Assembly: GCA_963664825.1 (NCBI GenBank) | Contig: OY761614.1 | Location: forward strand, 1,184,001 to 1,248,000 | Reading direction: 5' to 3' | Length of the DNA: 64,000 bases | DNA from: an uncultured Holophaga sp. | GTDB taxonomy: Bacteria; Acidobacteriota; Holophagae; Holophagales; Holophagaceae | Part shown: positions 20,361 through 30,070 of the stretch, piece after piece | Numbering within the stretch: position 1 is the stretch's first letter | How the letters are laid out: each line of letters begins with the position of its first letter | The notes under the pieces: model-generated | The model's database searches: none | What the model was told of the DNA's origin: nothing | What the model saw: only the letters and a program-made list of their open reading frames with translations | Position numbers and translations under genes: made by a program

Positions 20361-21554
20361 TCAAGAGTACTTGATGTTCGGGTTCCTTCCCCCCAGGAGC
20401 GCAGAGCCCGCCCCCTTCTGGGCCGCATGGGAGGCGGCATTGGCCGCGGCACCCCCTTGAGTGCCCACGCCGCGATTGATGAGTTCCCGGAGTTCGTCCT
20501 GGTTCGAGCTGTATCCGAGGGCCATCTCCTGGGTGATCTCCCCCCGGAGCACCAGATCGGAGAGGCTCTGGTTGAAGGTCTGCATCCCGAACTTGAGCTG
20601 GCCCGTCTGCATGGAGCTGTAGACCTGGTGGATCTTGTCCTCGCGGATCAGGTTGCGGATGGCCGGGTTGGGAACCATCACCTCCAGCGCCAGAGAGCGC
20701 CCCTTGCCGCTGGCCTTGGGAATCAGGGACTGGCAGATCACCCCCTCCAGCACCAGGGAGAGCTGGGCCCGCACCTGGGGCTGCTGGTAGGCGGGAAACA
20801 CGTCGATGATGCGGTTGACGGTCTGCACCGTGGAATTGGTGTGGAGGGTCGCGAAGGTGAGATGGCCCGTCTCCGCGATGGTGAGGGCTGATTCGATGGT
20901 CTCCAGGTCCCGCAGTTCCCCCACGAGCACCACGTCTGGATCCTGGCGCAGGGCGGAGCGCAGGGCCTTCTTGAAACTGTGGGTATCGGCGTGGATCTCC
21001 CGCTGGTTCACCAGGCAGCGCTTGTGTTTGTGCACGTACTCGATCGGGTCCTCGATGGTGAGGATGTGCAGTTGCTCCCGCTCGTTGATGTAATCGATCA
21101 TGGCCGCGAGCGTGGTGGACTTGCCTGAACCCGTCACACCGGTCACCAATACGAGGCCCCGGGGCTTTTCGCAGAGGCTCGCGGCGACGGGCGGCAGGCC
21201 GAGAGCCTCGAAGCTGCGGATATTCTCGGGGATGGTGCGGAAGGCCCCGGCTGTGGCGCCGCGCTGGTTGTAGACATTGGCGCGGAAGCGCGCCACACCC
21301 TGGAGACCGAAGGAGAAATCGACCTCCAGATCCTCCTCCAGGCGGTGCTTCTGCTGGTCGGTCATGACGCTGTAGCAGAGCCAGCGGGTCTGGGCGGAAT
21401 CCAGGGGGGGCAGTTTGAGGGGCACCATGCGCCCATCGATACGGATCTGGGGCGCGCTATCGGTCGTGATGTGGAGGTCGGTCCCACCATACTCCACCAT
21501 GGTCTTGAGCAACTGCTGGAGCGGAGCGACGTACTGGGTATTGGCTTCGACCAT
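20361..21554 (-). CDS. pilT: Type IV pilus retraction ATPase
   Basis: GVTGSGKSTT, TIEDPIE, LRQDPD, AETGH, TLHTN, AIRNLIRE. Confidence 0.96.
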   Translation of the reverse strand: MVEANTQYVAPLQQLLKTMVEYGGTDLHITTDSAPQIRIDGRMVPLKLPPLDSAQTRWLCYSVMTDQQKHRLEEDLEVDFSFGLQGVARFRANVYNQRGATAGAFRTIPENIRSFEALGLPPVAASLCEKPRGLVLVTGVTGSGKSTTLAAMIDYINEREQLHILTIEDPIEYVHKHKRCLVNQREIHADTHSFKKALRSALRQDPDVVLVGELRDLETIESALTIAETGHLTFATLHTNSTVQTVNRIIDVFPAYQQPQVRAQLSLVLEGVICQSLIPKASGKGRSLALEVMVPNPAIRNLIREDKIHQVYSSMQTGQLKFGMQTFNQSLSDLVLRGEITQEMALGYSSNQDELRELINRGVGTQGGAAANAASHAAQKGAGSALLGGRNPNIKYS

Positions 21555-21570
21555 GGAGACCTCCCGGGTT

Positions 21571-23421
21571 TCAGAGCACCGTCTCGCGGACGATCTCTTC
21601 GATGGTGGTGACGCCATCCAGCACCTTGCGGCAACCGGAGCGGCGAAGGGTGATCATGCCTTCCTTCACAGCCTGTTCCCGGAGTTCCATGGCGCTGGCT
21701 CCGGTGAGGATCATATCCCTCAGGGTTTCCGAGATCTCCAGCACTTCATAGAGACCCACGCGGCCCTTGAGCCCCTTCTTGTTGCAGGTGGGGCATCCCA
21801 TGCCCTTCATGATCGTGATGCCCTTCCGGACCTCTTCCTCGGTGAAGCCCACCTTCAGGAGGGCCTCGGGCGGCGGCTGATGGGGATCCGGGGCCTTGCA
21901 TTCCGAACAGATGCGCCGAATGAGGCGCTGGGCGCAGATGATATTGACGGAGGTGGCCACCAGGAAGGGCTCCACACCCATGTTCATGAGGCGGCTGATG
22001 GTGCTGGGCGCATCGTTGGTATGGAGGGTGGAGAGCACCAAGTGCCCCGTGAGGGAGGCCTTGATGGCGATTTCCGCCGTTTCGAAATCGCGGATCTCGC
22101 CCACCAGGATGATATTGGGGTCCTGGCGCAGGAAGGAACGCAGGGCGGCTGCGAAATTGAGGCCGATCTGCTCCTTCATCTGGACCTGGTTGATGCCCGC
22201 GAAATTGAATTCCACGGGATCCTCGGCCGTGAGGATATTCACATCTGGCTGGTTCAGTTTGGCGATGGAGGAATACAGCGTGTTGGTCTTCCCGGAGCCC
22301 GTGGGGCCCGTGACTAGCACCATGCCGTAGGGCTTAGAGATCTGCCGGTCCCACTGGGCCAGGCTCTCGGGCTCGAAGCCCAGCTTGGTGAGATCCAGCA
22401 TCAACTTGTCGCTATCCAGGAGCCGCAGCACGATCTTCTCGCCGAAGAGGGTGGGCAGGATGGAGACGCGATAATCGATGGTCTTCTGCTGGCCGCCCAG
22501 ACTCACCCGCAGCTTGATACGGCCATCCTGGGGGAGCCGCTTCTCGGCGATATTGAGCTTGGCCAGGATCTTGATGCGGGAGGTGACGGAATCCTTCAGC
22601 TTGATATTGGGCCGCATCACCTCCATCAGCTGACCGTCGATGCGGAACCGGATGCGGTAGCTCTTCTCGTAGGGCTCCACATGGATATCCGAAGCGCCCT
22701 TCCGGATGGCATCGATGAGCACCATGTTCACCAAGCGCACCACCGGCGCCTCTTCGCTGCCCTTGGCCAGGGCGGCCGCGTTGATGTTCTCCTCTTCATC
22801 GATGGTGTCGTACTGGGTCTCGCTCTCCTCCAGTTCGTCTTCCAGCCCCTTGAGATCCAGCGCCTCATCGGCGGCATCCTCGAAGGCACCCTTGTTGAAG
22901 GCCCCGAGGCTTCCGGCCTCGGGAGCCCCGAAGGCCTGATTCGCCGGTTTCTTCGCTCCCAGGGGCCCATCTTCCCGGAGGCGCAGGCCGCTGGAACCGC
23001 CGTAGTAGCGCTCGATCCCGCGGATCAGCCCCATCTCGGAAGAGACCACAGGATCGATGTTGTAGCCCGTATGAAAACGCACATCGTCCATGGCGAAGAT
23101 ATCGGTGGGATCGGACATGGCCAGGGTCAGCACATTGCCGGAACGCTGGAGGGGCAGGACCTTGTGCTTATTGGCCAGTTCCGAGGGCACCAGGGCGATC
23201 ACGGAGGCCTCGATGGTGGGCCACTGATCCAGATCCGCCGCCGGGACTCCGTACTGCATTCCCAGGAAGCTTACGATGTCTTGGTCCGAGCAAAAACCCT
23301 GGCGAACGACGATGCTGCCGAGCTTCCCGCCCTCCCGCCGCTGGATCTTCAATGCGTCTTCCAGCTGAGGGTCGGTGATCAGCTGCGCCTTAACAAGCAT
23401 TTCGCCGAGCTTGCTAGCCAA
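21571..23421 (-). CDS. pilB: Type IV pilus extension ATPase with N-terminal MshEN-type domain
   Basis: KLGEML...QLEDAL..Q, ASDIHVEP, RLPQDGR, GPTGSGKT, LRQDPN, tetracysteine motif, GRVGLYE. Confidence 0.96.
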   Translation of the reverse strand: MASKLGEMLVKAQLITDPQLEDALKIQRREGGKLGSIVVRQGFCSDQDIVSFLGMQYGVPAADLDQWPTIEASVIALVPSELANKHKVLPLQRSGNVLTLAMSDPTDIFAMDDVRFHTGYNIDPVVSSEMGLIRGIERYYGGSSGLRLREDGPLGAKKPANQAFGAPEAGSLGAFNKGAFEDAADEALDLKGLEDELEESETQYDTIDEEENINAAALAKGSEEAPVVRLVNMVLIDAIRKGASDIHVEPYEKSYRIRFRIDGQLMEVMRPNIKLKDSVTSRIKILAKLNIAEKRLPQDGRIKLRVSLGGQQKTIDYRVSILPTLFGEKIVLRLLDSDKLMLDLTKLGFEPESLAQWDRQISKPYGMVLVTGPTGSGKTNTLYSSIAKLNQPDVNILTAEDPVEFNFAGINQVQMKEQIGLNFAAALRSFLRQDPNIILVGEIRDFETAEIAIKASLTGHLVLSTLHTNDAPSTISRLMNMGVEPFLVATSVNIICAQRLIRRICSECKAPDPHQPPPEALLKVGFTEEEVRKGITIMKGMGCPTCNKKGLKGRVGLYEVLEISETLRDMILTGASAMELREQAVKEGMITLRRSGCRKVLDGVTTIEEIVRETVL

Positions 23422-23518
23422 TGGTTGCCTCCGATTGGGGGGAGGTCAGAAGTCTACCACCCCAATACTCAACGCGCCGCACATGGCGAGTTTCAAATGA
23501 GCGGCTATGCTGTGGAGC

Positions 23519-25480
23519 ATGTCCTCTTCTATCCCGTCAACACTGCGCCTGGATAAGGCCCGGGAACTCATCCGGGAGAAGGGGCTCTCTCGCCAGGATC
23601 TGGAGCTGCTCGAGGAGATCCTCCGGCTGGGCGCTTCCGACCTCCCTCCCCTGCTCGCCGCCTCCGACACCACACCCCTCCTCGAGGAATCCCTTCCCCT
23701 GGCCAAATTGCGACGGGGCCTGGGACTGTTCCTGGCCTTCCTGAATCAGTTTTCGGATCGTCGGTTGGGTGAAATCCGTCCCGCCATGGGCCTCGTCCTG
23801 CAGCACAGCCTGACCCATCTGGGCCTATTGGCCAAGGCCGCCCATCGGGATCTGCTCTGCCGCCACCAGGAACCGGAGTGGGTGATCAATCTCCTGGATC
23901 TCATCGCGAGCCTCCACGCCATCTCCACTTCCCTGGGTACCGAGGAGGCGCCTCGGCTGCTGGAACACTGGGCCGCCTTCCTTCAGGAGAACCGCGATCA
24001 CTTCCGGGGCCTCTTCCAGGCCGTGGGCGAAGGGGAGGAAGTCCACGCCCTCTCCCTCCGTTTGAACCAACAGATGAAGGCCCTCAACCAGGCCCTCCAA
24101 AACCCCACGGGCCGCCCCCTGGACCACATCCGTCGGCTGGAAACCCTGCTGGAAAGTGCCATTCCGGAGGCCACCCGCACACGGGGGGAACCCCTCCTGT
24201 TGGTCCAGCATGTCATCGCCAGCCTGCGGATGAGCCTGGTGCGTCCCCTGGATCGGGGCGTCCACTGGCCTGCGGTGGAGCAGGTCCGCGGCAGCCTGCA
24301 ATGGCTCTGGAACCACCTGGGATGGACCCTGGCGCGCATCGAGGGGAGCTTCTTCGAAGAGCGCCTCCCCCTGGAAGTGCGGGATCTGCTCAAGCAGTTG
24401 CGCAGGGAACACCCGCTGGCCTTCAGGGTCGTGGCCCGGGCCCTGGCCAGCCACCTGGCCCTGCTCAGCCTGGTGGAACGCATGGAACCGGCGGCCAACG
24501 CCTCCATTCCCGAACGCTACGCCGCCGTGCCCACCTTCTTCGTGGTGGAATCCGAACTGGGCCGCCTCGCGGAGCGGGTCTACCACCCAAGGGCCGCCGA
24601 GCAATTGCCCAAGGGCAGCGAAGAGGGGCTGCTGCTGGGCGCCTTCCTCCGCCAGGCCGTGCTCTCCCTCATGCAGGACCAATCCACCATCCGAGGCCTC
24701 CTGCAGCAGGCCTTGGCCAATAACGATGTGGATCAGCTGGCCAGCAGCCTGGACAACCTCAAGGCCCTCCTTCTGTCCCACCAGCGCCAGCTCATGGCCG
24801 ATCTGGTGGGGCTCTTCTCGCCGGATCTCCGCCAGCGGCTCTTCCCCGATTCCCCTTCCCTCACCGAAGAAGGCGATCGCCTCCGCCAACGCCTGCATCG
24901 CCTCTGGGAGTATCTGGACCCGGCCCACCAGCAGATCCTGCTCCACCTGGAACTCCTGGATCTGCCGCGGCTGGCCCTGGCCCTGGGACAGGCCCAGAAC
25001 CAGGTGGCCTCCTTCCGCCGCAGTCCTGAATTCCTGTTGATCCGCACCCAGGACCGCCAGGAATTCGATCACCTCACCCAACAGCTCAGCCGCACCCTGG
25101 AAGGCCCCGGGGAAATCGAAAACGCGCTCCGGGATGGCAGCGAACTGGTGGGGGAACTGCTGCGTTTCCTGGATGTCTTCCTGCTCCGAATCAACGCCCG
25201 AGTGCCCCTCATCCGCCTGGACCTCAATACGGCCCGGGAGGCCCACCAGCTCTGCATGAGCCTGGCCGACCCAACTCATCCGTCCCCGGATCGGGCCCGG
25301 ACGGCCCACAAACTGATCCAGGCCGCCAAATCCCTGGGCGTCCGAGACACCCAGGCTGTGAGCCTGCTCAAGCGCTGGGTCCGCGCCGAGCGGGGCGGCA
25401 AAGACACCTGTGGGGCCCTGGAGCCCCTGGGTTCTCATCTCGAACACCTGGCTGCGCGGCTCGAAGCCGCCCTCAACTGA
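23519..25480 (+). CDS. Hypothetical Leu-rich all-helical protein (~650 aa)
   Basis: Long ORF with genome-typical codon bias, GGAG before ATG, 8 nt before the GGDEF gene; no motif recognised. Confidence 0.75.
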   Translation: MSSSIPSTLRLDKARELIREKGLSRQDLELLEEILRLGASDLPPLLAASDTTPLLEESLPLAKLRRGLGLFLAFLNQFSDRRLGEIRPAMGLVLQHSLTHLGLLAKAAHRDLLCRHQEPEWVINLLDLIASLHAISTSLGTEEAPRLLEHWAAFLQENRDHFRGLFQAVGEGEEVHALSLRLNQQMKALNQALQNPTGRPLDHIRRLETLLESAIPEATRTRGEPLLLVQHVIASLRMSLVRPLDRGVHWPAVEQVRGSLQWLWNHLGWTLARIEGSFFEERLPLEVRDLLKQLRREHPLAFRVVARALASHLALLSLVERMEPAANASIPERYAAVPTFFVVESELGRLAERVYHPRAAEQLPKGSEEGLLLGAFLRQAVLSLMQDQSTIRGLLQQALANNDVDQLASSLDNLKALLLSHQRQLMADLVGLFSPDLRQRLFPDSPSLTEEGDRLRQRLHRLWEYLDPAHQQILLHLELLDLPRLALALGQAQNQVASFRRSPEFLLIRTQDRQEFDHLTQQLSRTLEGPGEIENALRDGSELVGELLRFLDVFLLRINARVPLIRLDLNTAREAHQLCMSLADPTHPSPDRARTAHKLIQAAKSLGVRDTQAVSLLKRWVRAERGGKDTCGALEPLGSHLEHLAARLEAALN

Positions 25481-25488
25481 GGTCAGCC

Positions 25489-26643
25489 ATGGCCGATGTC
25501 TACTGGACGGAAATTCACCAGGCCAAAAGCGCCCCTCTGTTGCAGCGCGCCCTGGGCGAATGGGGCTTCCGGGTCCTGCCTGGCGCTGGCCGAGGGACGG
25601 TGCTCATCGTGGCCGATCGCCCGGACCCGCGGCTCATTCCCCTCCAAGCCATGGAGATCCTCTGGTGGATCCGGGAGGCCTGCCCCGAAGAGACCAGTGA
25701 AGTCCTGGCCCGGCGCCCCGGTTGGGTATTGCGCCAATCCATGCCCCTGGAGGCCGTGAGAGAGGCCCTGCATCATCTTCAACGGCGGGACCTGGGCAGC
25801 GAGGGTTGGCTCCGACAGATGCTGCACTTGGCCACGCTGGACGAGCTGCTGCGTCTCGTGCTGGTGCGCGCCGAACAACTCTCCGGTGCCCGACAAGGCG
25901 CCATCTGGATCCGCCAGGAGGGAGCCTACTTCCAGCGCTGCGGGGAAGGCTTCCCGGAGGCCCCCCTCAACTATCGGGAAGCCGCCGAGCTCGTGCGTCT
26001 GGGGCAGGCGTGGCTCCTGTGTCCGGGCACCCAGATGGGAATTCTCCGCCTTAAGGATCCCCAGGGCGACCCCGAGCACTACCTGGGCTGGATCAAGGAT
26101 GTGGAGGATCTCCTGCTCAACGCCTGGAACCTGGAGACGAGCAAGGCGCTCTCCTTCCGGGACGATCTCACCGTGGCCCGCAATCGCCGCGCCCTGGAGG
26201 CCGATCTGCCCCAGATCATCCGCGAGGCCGCCGCCCGGGGGGAATCCGTCTCCCTCCTCTTCCTCGATGTGGACAATCTGAAGGGACTGAACAGCCAATT
26301 CGGACATCCCACTGGCAGCAAGGTCATCACCCATATCGCCCTGGAGGCCCAGCGGGTCATCCGCGCCCAGGACCGCCTCTACCGCTATGGAGGTGACGAA
26401 TTCTGCGTGGTCATTCCCGGCACCACAACCCTGGGCGCCGCGAAGATGGGGGAGCGCCTCCTGCAGAAGCTCCTGGAAACGCCCATCCGCGTGGGGGACT
26501 GCGATGTGCCAGTTTCCACCAGCGTCGGCATCGCCACCTACCCCACCCACGCCGATGGGGCCGAACACCTGCTGGAAAGGGCCGATCAGGCTCTCTTCCA
26601 GGCCAAGGCCATGGGCAAGGCCCGGGTGGTGGTGGCCGAGTAA
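25489..26643 (+). CDS. Diguanylate cyclase (GGDEF) with RxxD I-site
   Basis: DDLT, FLDVDNLK.LN..FGH..G, RAQD-RLYRY-GGDEF, ADQALFQAK..GK. Confidence 0.92.
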   Translation: MADVYWTEIHQAKSAPLLQRALGEWGFRVLPGAGRGTVLIVADRPDPRLIPLQAMEILWWIREACPEETSEVLARRPGWVLRQSMPLEAVREALHHLQRRDLGSEGWLRQMLHLATLDELLRLVLVRAEQLSGARQGAIWIRQEGAYFQRCGEGFPEAPLNYREAAELVRLGQAWLLCPGTQMGILRLKDPQGDPEHYLGWIKDVEDLLLNAWNLETSKALSFRDDLTVARNRRALEADLPQIIREAAARGESVSLLFLDVDNLKGLNSQFGHPTGSKVITHIALEAQRVIRAQDRLYRYGGDEFCVVIPGTTTLGAAKMGERLLQKLLETPIRVGDCDVPVSTSVGIATYPTHADGAEHLLERADQALFQAKAMGKARVVVAE

Positions 26644-26693
26644 GCGTCGCGCACAGGGCCGAGGAGGGTTGCCCCCGCCGGGAGGTAGCCCGT

Positions 26694-27689
26694 TCAGCCC
26701 CTGAGGATGAGGGCGATCTCCCGGAGCAGGGACTCGGCCGAAGGGTTGCGCACCAGGTTCCGCTGAACCTCGTGGATGAGGGCCACGGGCCCCTTGAGAT
26801 CCAGGGGCGAACGGGCCAAGCCCTCCAGGCCTTCCCTCCAGGACTCAAGGCTTGGGCTCCGCCCCTCCCGGAGGCGACCGATATCCCCCAGGATGCGCAG
26901 GAGGAGCTCCAGGCCTCGGGCCATCTGCTCGCTCTGGGCCAGGGTCGAATTCTTCTCCGGCAGGAGGGGACCGGCGGCTTCCGCGAAGGTCGCACCGCCC
27001 GCCAAGGCCAGCCAAGCCTCGAGCCGGGCTGCGGCCAGAGCGAAATCGGCCGGATCCAGGTAGCGCAGGGTGCCCGCCGACAGGGACGTCCAGCGTTCCC
27101 GGTCTTCCTCCCCCCAGCCCGCCGCCGCAGCCACCCTCCAGGCCTCTTCGCCTTCCAGGGCCTTCATGGGGATGCGCTCGCAGCGGGAACGGATGGTCTG
27201 GAGCATGGCTTCGGCCCGATGGGTCACCAGCAGGAAGTGAGTCCCGGCCGGAGGCTCTTCGAGCGTCTTCAAAAGCATATTGGCGCTGGCGCCATTCAAG
27301 CGGTGGGCGTCCTCCACCAGGATCCAGCGATGGGTGCCGGGCAGAGAGGCCTGGTGCGCCCATCGAATGACCCCACCCTCCACCAGATCATCCTCGCGGA
27401 TGGCGCCGATCCGAATGAGGCCAGCCTTGCCTTCCGGGGCGATGCGCAGGAGATTGGGAAGTTCCACCGGGAGAGGCTCGGCCTTGAAAGGCTTGCAGCC
27501 CTCGCAGACGCCGCAGGCGCTCCGCCTGAAACAGAGTTCCCGTTGAGCCAGTTCCAGCGCGACGCGGCGCTTGCCGATGCCCTCGGGCCCCGTGAAGAGC
27601 AGGGAGCCCGAGAGCTGCCCCGATTGGACGCGCTCCCAGAGGCGCTGACGGATAGGCAGATGACCCTGGATCGCGGGATCGAACATCAT
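26694..27689 (-). CDS. holB: DNA polymerase III delta' subunit
   Basis: LFTGPEGIGK, C....ACGVCEGC, ANMLLKTLEEP, TIRSRC; follows tmk. Confidence 0.92.
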   Translation of the reverse strand: MMFDPAIQGHLPIRQRLWERVQSGQLSGSLLFTGPEGIGKRRVALELAQRELCFRRSACGVCEGCKPFKAEPLPVELPNLLRIAPEGKAGLIRIGAIREDDLVEGGVIRWAHQASLPGTHRWILVEDAHRLNGASANMLLKTLEEPPAGTHFLLVTHRAEAMLQTIRSRCERIPMKALEGEEAWRVAAAAGWGEEDRERWTSLSAGTLRYLDPADFALAAARLEAWLALAGGATFAEAAGPLLPEKNSTLAQSEQMARGLELLLRILGDIGRLREGRSPSLESWREGLEGLARSPLDLKGPVALIHEVQRNLVRNPSAESLLREIALILRG

Positions 27690-28351
27690 GCCACCGGGAA
27701 CCCGGCCCGCCGCAGGCTCGGCAGGATTTCGGCCCAGAGCGCGGCCTCCACCACATCGGCATCGGCCTCGGCCGGGACGAGCCGCACGCGCTCGGGCTCC
27801 GCCCGGACGATCTCCAGGAAGCGCGCACGCACCCGGTGATGGAAGGCCAGGGTCTCATCGTCGAAACGCGTCTCCTGGAAGGCTCCCCCCAGGGCGGCAT
27901 TCCGGGCCGCCACCCGGCGCAGGGAGGCCTCCGGGTCCATATCCAGGACCAGGGTCAGGTCCGGGCGGAAATCCCCGAGCACCAGCTCCCGCAGGCGCTT
28001 CAGCGCCTCCTCCCCGACACCGGAGGCCCCCTGATAGGCGCGGGTGGAATCTTCGAAGCGGTCCACCACGACGATCTGGCCGCTAGCGAGGGAGGGCTTG
28101 ATCAGCCTGGCCACATGCTGGGCGCGATCGGCGTAGAAGAGCAATAGCTCGGCCTCCGGGCACCAGGACTCCCCACTCTCGTGGGGCGCCAGGAGCAGGG
28201 TGCGCAGATCCTGACCCAGGGCCGTGCCTCCGGGCTCCTTGGAGAAGACCGCCGGCAGGCCAAAGGCCTGTAGCCTCGCCTCCAGACGGCGAATCTGCGT
28301 GGATTTTCCAGAGCCCTCCACGCCCTCGATGGTGATGAATATGCCCGTCAA
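27686..28351 (-). CDS. tmk: Thymidylate kinase
   Basis: FITIEGVEGSGKSTQ, KEPGG, ADRAQH, DRF..ST.AYQG; TTG start after GGAGG. Confidence 0.95.
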   Translation of the reverse strand: MTGIFITIEGVEGSGKSTQIRRLEARLQAFGLPAVFSKEPGGTALGQDLRTLLLAPHESGESWCPEAELLLFYADRAQHVARLIKPSLASGQIVVVDRFEDSTRAYQGASGVGEEALKRLRELVLGDFRPDLTLVLDMDPEASLRRVAARNAALGGAFQETRFDDETLAFHHRVRARFLEIVRAEPERVRLVPAEADADVVEAALWAEILPSLRRAGFPVA

Positions 28352-28437
28352 TGCCCCTCCGATGACACCTTGAGCATAAGGCACCCGAGATCGATGACGC
28401 TGCACATTCCCTGGGATTGCGCTTATCCTGGAGGCAA

Positions 28438-29472
28438 ATGCCTCTGGAGACGACCGTGCTCGAATCCCTCAGCTGTCCCAGCTGCTTCACCCACTACGGA
28501 CTTCGGCCCGAGCGGGTCCATGCAGGCATCCGCCGCGCCCGCTGTTTCCGCTGCGGGAACGTGTTCGGTGTCGAGGAGGCTGTCCAGCACCTCCTCGCAC
28601 CCAGCCCCACGCCCGCTCTGGCCGAGGCCTCGGGCACGGCCACCCTGGAAGCCATCCATCCCGAGGATCTCCTGGAACTCGATTCGGTGCTCTCGAGCCC
28701 ATCTCCCATGGAGGCATCTCCAGAGGATTCCGCCCTCACCCTGGGCGATCTGGAGGGATCCGAAGACGAGATCCTGGAGAAGACTCTGGTCATCGAGCCC
28801 ACGCCTCAGGCGGAAGTGGCTGATGAAGGGCCTGCCGCCTTCAGCTCGGCCAAGGACGCCATCTCCAGGCTGTTGGGAGACGAGCCCTCTCCAACGGTGG
28901 AGCGCCGCACCAGCCGGAACAATTCCATGGATGTGGAAGCCACACTGGACGCCCTGGAGCACACCCTGGGGGGAACCCCCACCAGGAGCCCAGAGGCCGT
29001 GGCTCCGCCCCCGGGGCAGGCCGCGGCCCTGGGCAGCACGGTCCGCCTCAGTCCCAGCGAACTCCATGCGGCCATGGCCGCCGGGGCTCCCTCTTCCCGG
29101 GCGCCAACAGTGGCCTTGCCCCCCCGCCCAGCCTTCACACCTCAGCCCCAGGCACCCATCAGTCTGGAGGCCACTCCCTTGGGGGATTCCAATATCTTCA
29201 AGATCCAAGTGGGCCAGGAGACCTTCCAGAATGTCACCCTCGACCAAGTCACGGCCTGGATCGAGCAGGGCCGTGTCCAGGATTGGCACATGGTGGCCCG
29301 GCAATTCAGCGATAACTGGATCGAGGCCGCCAAGGTGCCCTCCCTGCGCCCGATTTTCGAAAGGGTCCGCCGCACCAACCCATCCGTTGCTCTTCCCCCG
29401 GAAGCACCCGCCCTCTTTGAGGTCGCCCCTGTCAAGAAGGGCCTCTTCGGGTGGATGACCCATCGCCATTAG
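28438..29472 (+). CDS. MJ0042-type zinc-ribbon protein with acidic/Pro-rich linker and C-terminal GYF_2-like domain
   Basis: CPSC...RCFRC; late WIEQGRV...W domain; C-terminal KKGLFGW. Confidence 0.78.
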   Translation: MPLETTVLESLSCPSCFTHYGLRPERVHAGIRRARCFRCGNVFGVEEAVQHLLAPSPTPALAEASGTATLEAIHPEDLLELDSVLSSPSPMEASPEDSALTLGDLEGSEDEILEKTLVIEPTPQAEVADEGPAAFSSAKDAISRLLGDEPSPTVERRTSRNNSMDVEATLDALEHTLGGTPTRSPEAVAPPPGQAAALGSTVRLSPSELHAAMAAGAPSSRAPTVALPPRPAFTPQPQAPISLEATPLGDSNIFKIQVGQETFQNVTLDQVTAWIEQGRVQDWHMVARQFSDNWIEAAKVPSLRPIFERVRRTNPSVALPPEAPALFEVAPVKKGLFGWMTHRH

Positions 29473-29481
29473 AGGCTGCCC

Positions 29482-29955
29482 ATGTTTCCCCTGCTGCTCT
29501 CGGCCCTCCTGGGTGTTCAGATGCCCGCACCCCAAGCCCCTCAGGCCGCCGAAGCGCCTAAGGCCCAGGAGCTGAAGCCCCTGGGCTTCCTCAGTCAGAG
29601 ATTCCCCTACCAGTGGGATACGATCCTGCCGCTGAAGGTGGAGCTCGATGGGTTGAAGCTCAATACCATCTTCTTCAACCGCCGGGAGATCCGCTCGGGA
29701 CTCCTGAAGGGAGCCGAATTCGGCACCCGGGCCCAGATCGAGGTCACCAACACGGCCCTGAAGGTGCGTGTGCCCCATTTTGCCGTAGCTGTCTTCGATG
29801 GCGAAAACCGCCTGCTGGGAGTGGCCACCGGTGGGACGAAGATCACCGGCGTGAGGCCCGGGGACACGGAGACCTTCGACTTGAACTTCTCGCGGATCAC
29901 CCAGAGGCTGCCCAAGGGCACCTACTTCGTACTGAGCCTGGAATTCGCCGAATAG
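29482..29955 (+). CDS. Secreted hypothetical protein (beta-rich)
   Basis: Hydrophobic N-terminus, typical codon bias, 9 nt after the previous gene. Confidence 0.7.
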   Translation: MFPLLLSALLGVQMPAPQAPQAAEAPKAQELKPLGFLSQRFPYQWDTILPLKVELDGLKLNTIFFNRREIRSGLLKGAEFGTRAQIEVTNTALKVRVPHFAVAVFDGENRLLGVATGGTKITGVRPGDTETFDLNFSRITQRLPKGTYFVLSLEFAE

Positions 29956-29988
29956 CGTTCCCCAGGAGCGCAGTCAAAAAGGGAAAGC

Positions 29989-30054
29989 CGCCACAGGACA
30001 CGAAGGACACAGGTTCCTCTACCTGCTTTTCTTCGTGTTCTCGGTGCCGTGGCG
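29989..30054. repeat. REP-like imperfect palindrome between convergent genes
   Basis: CGCCAC/GTGGCG outer arms, GACACGAAG/CTTCGTGTT middle arms, CAGGT/ACCTG inner arms. Confidence 0.5.
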
Positions 30055-30070
30055 AATCTGCTTTCGGAAA

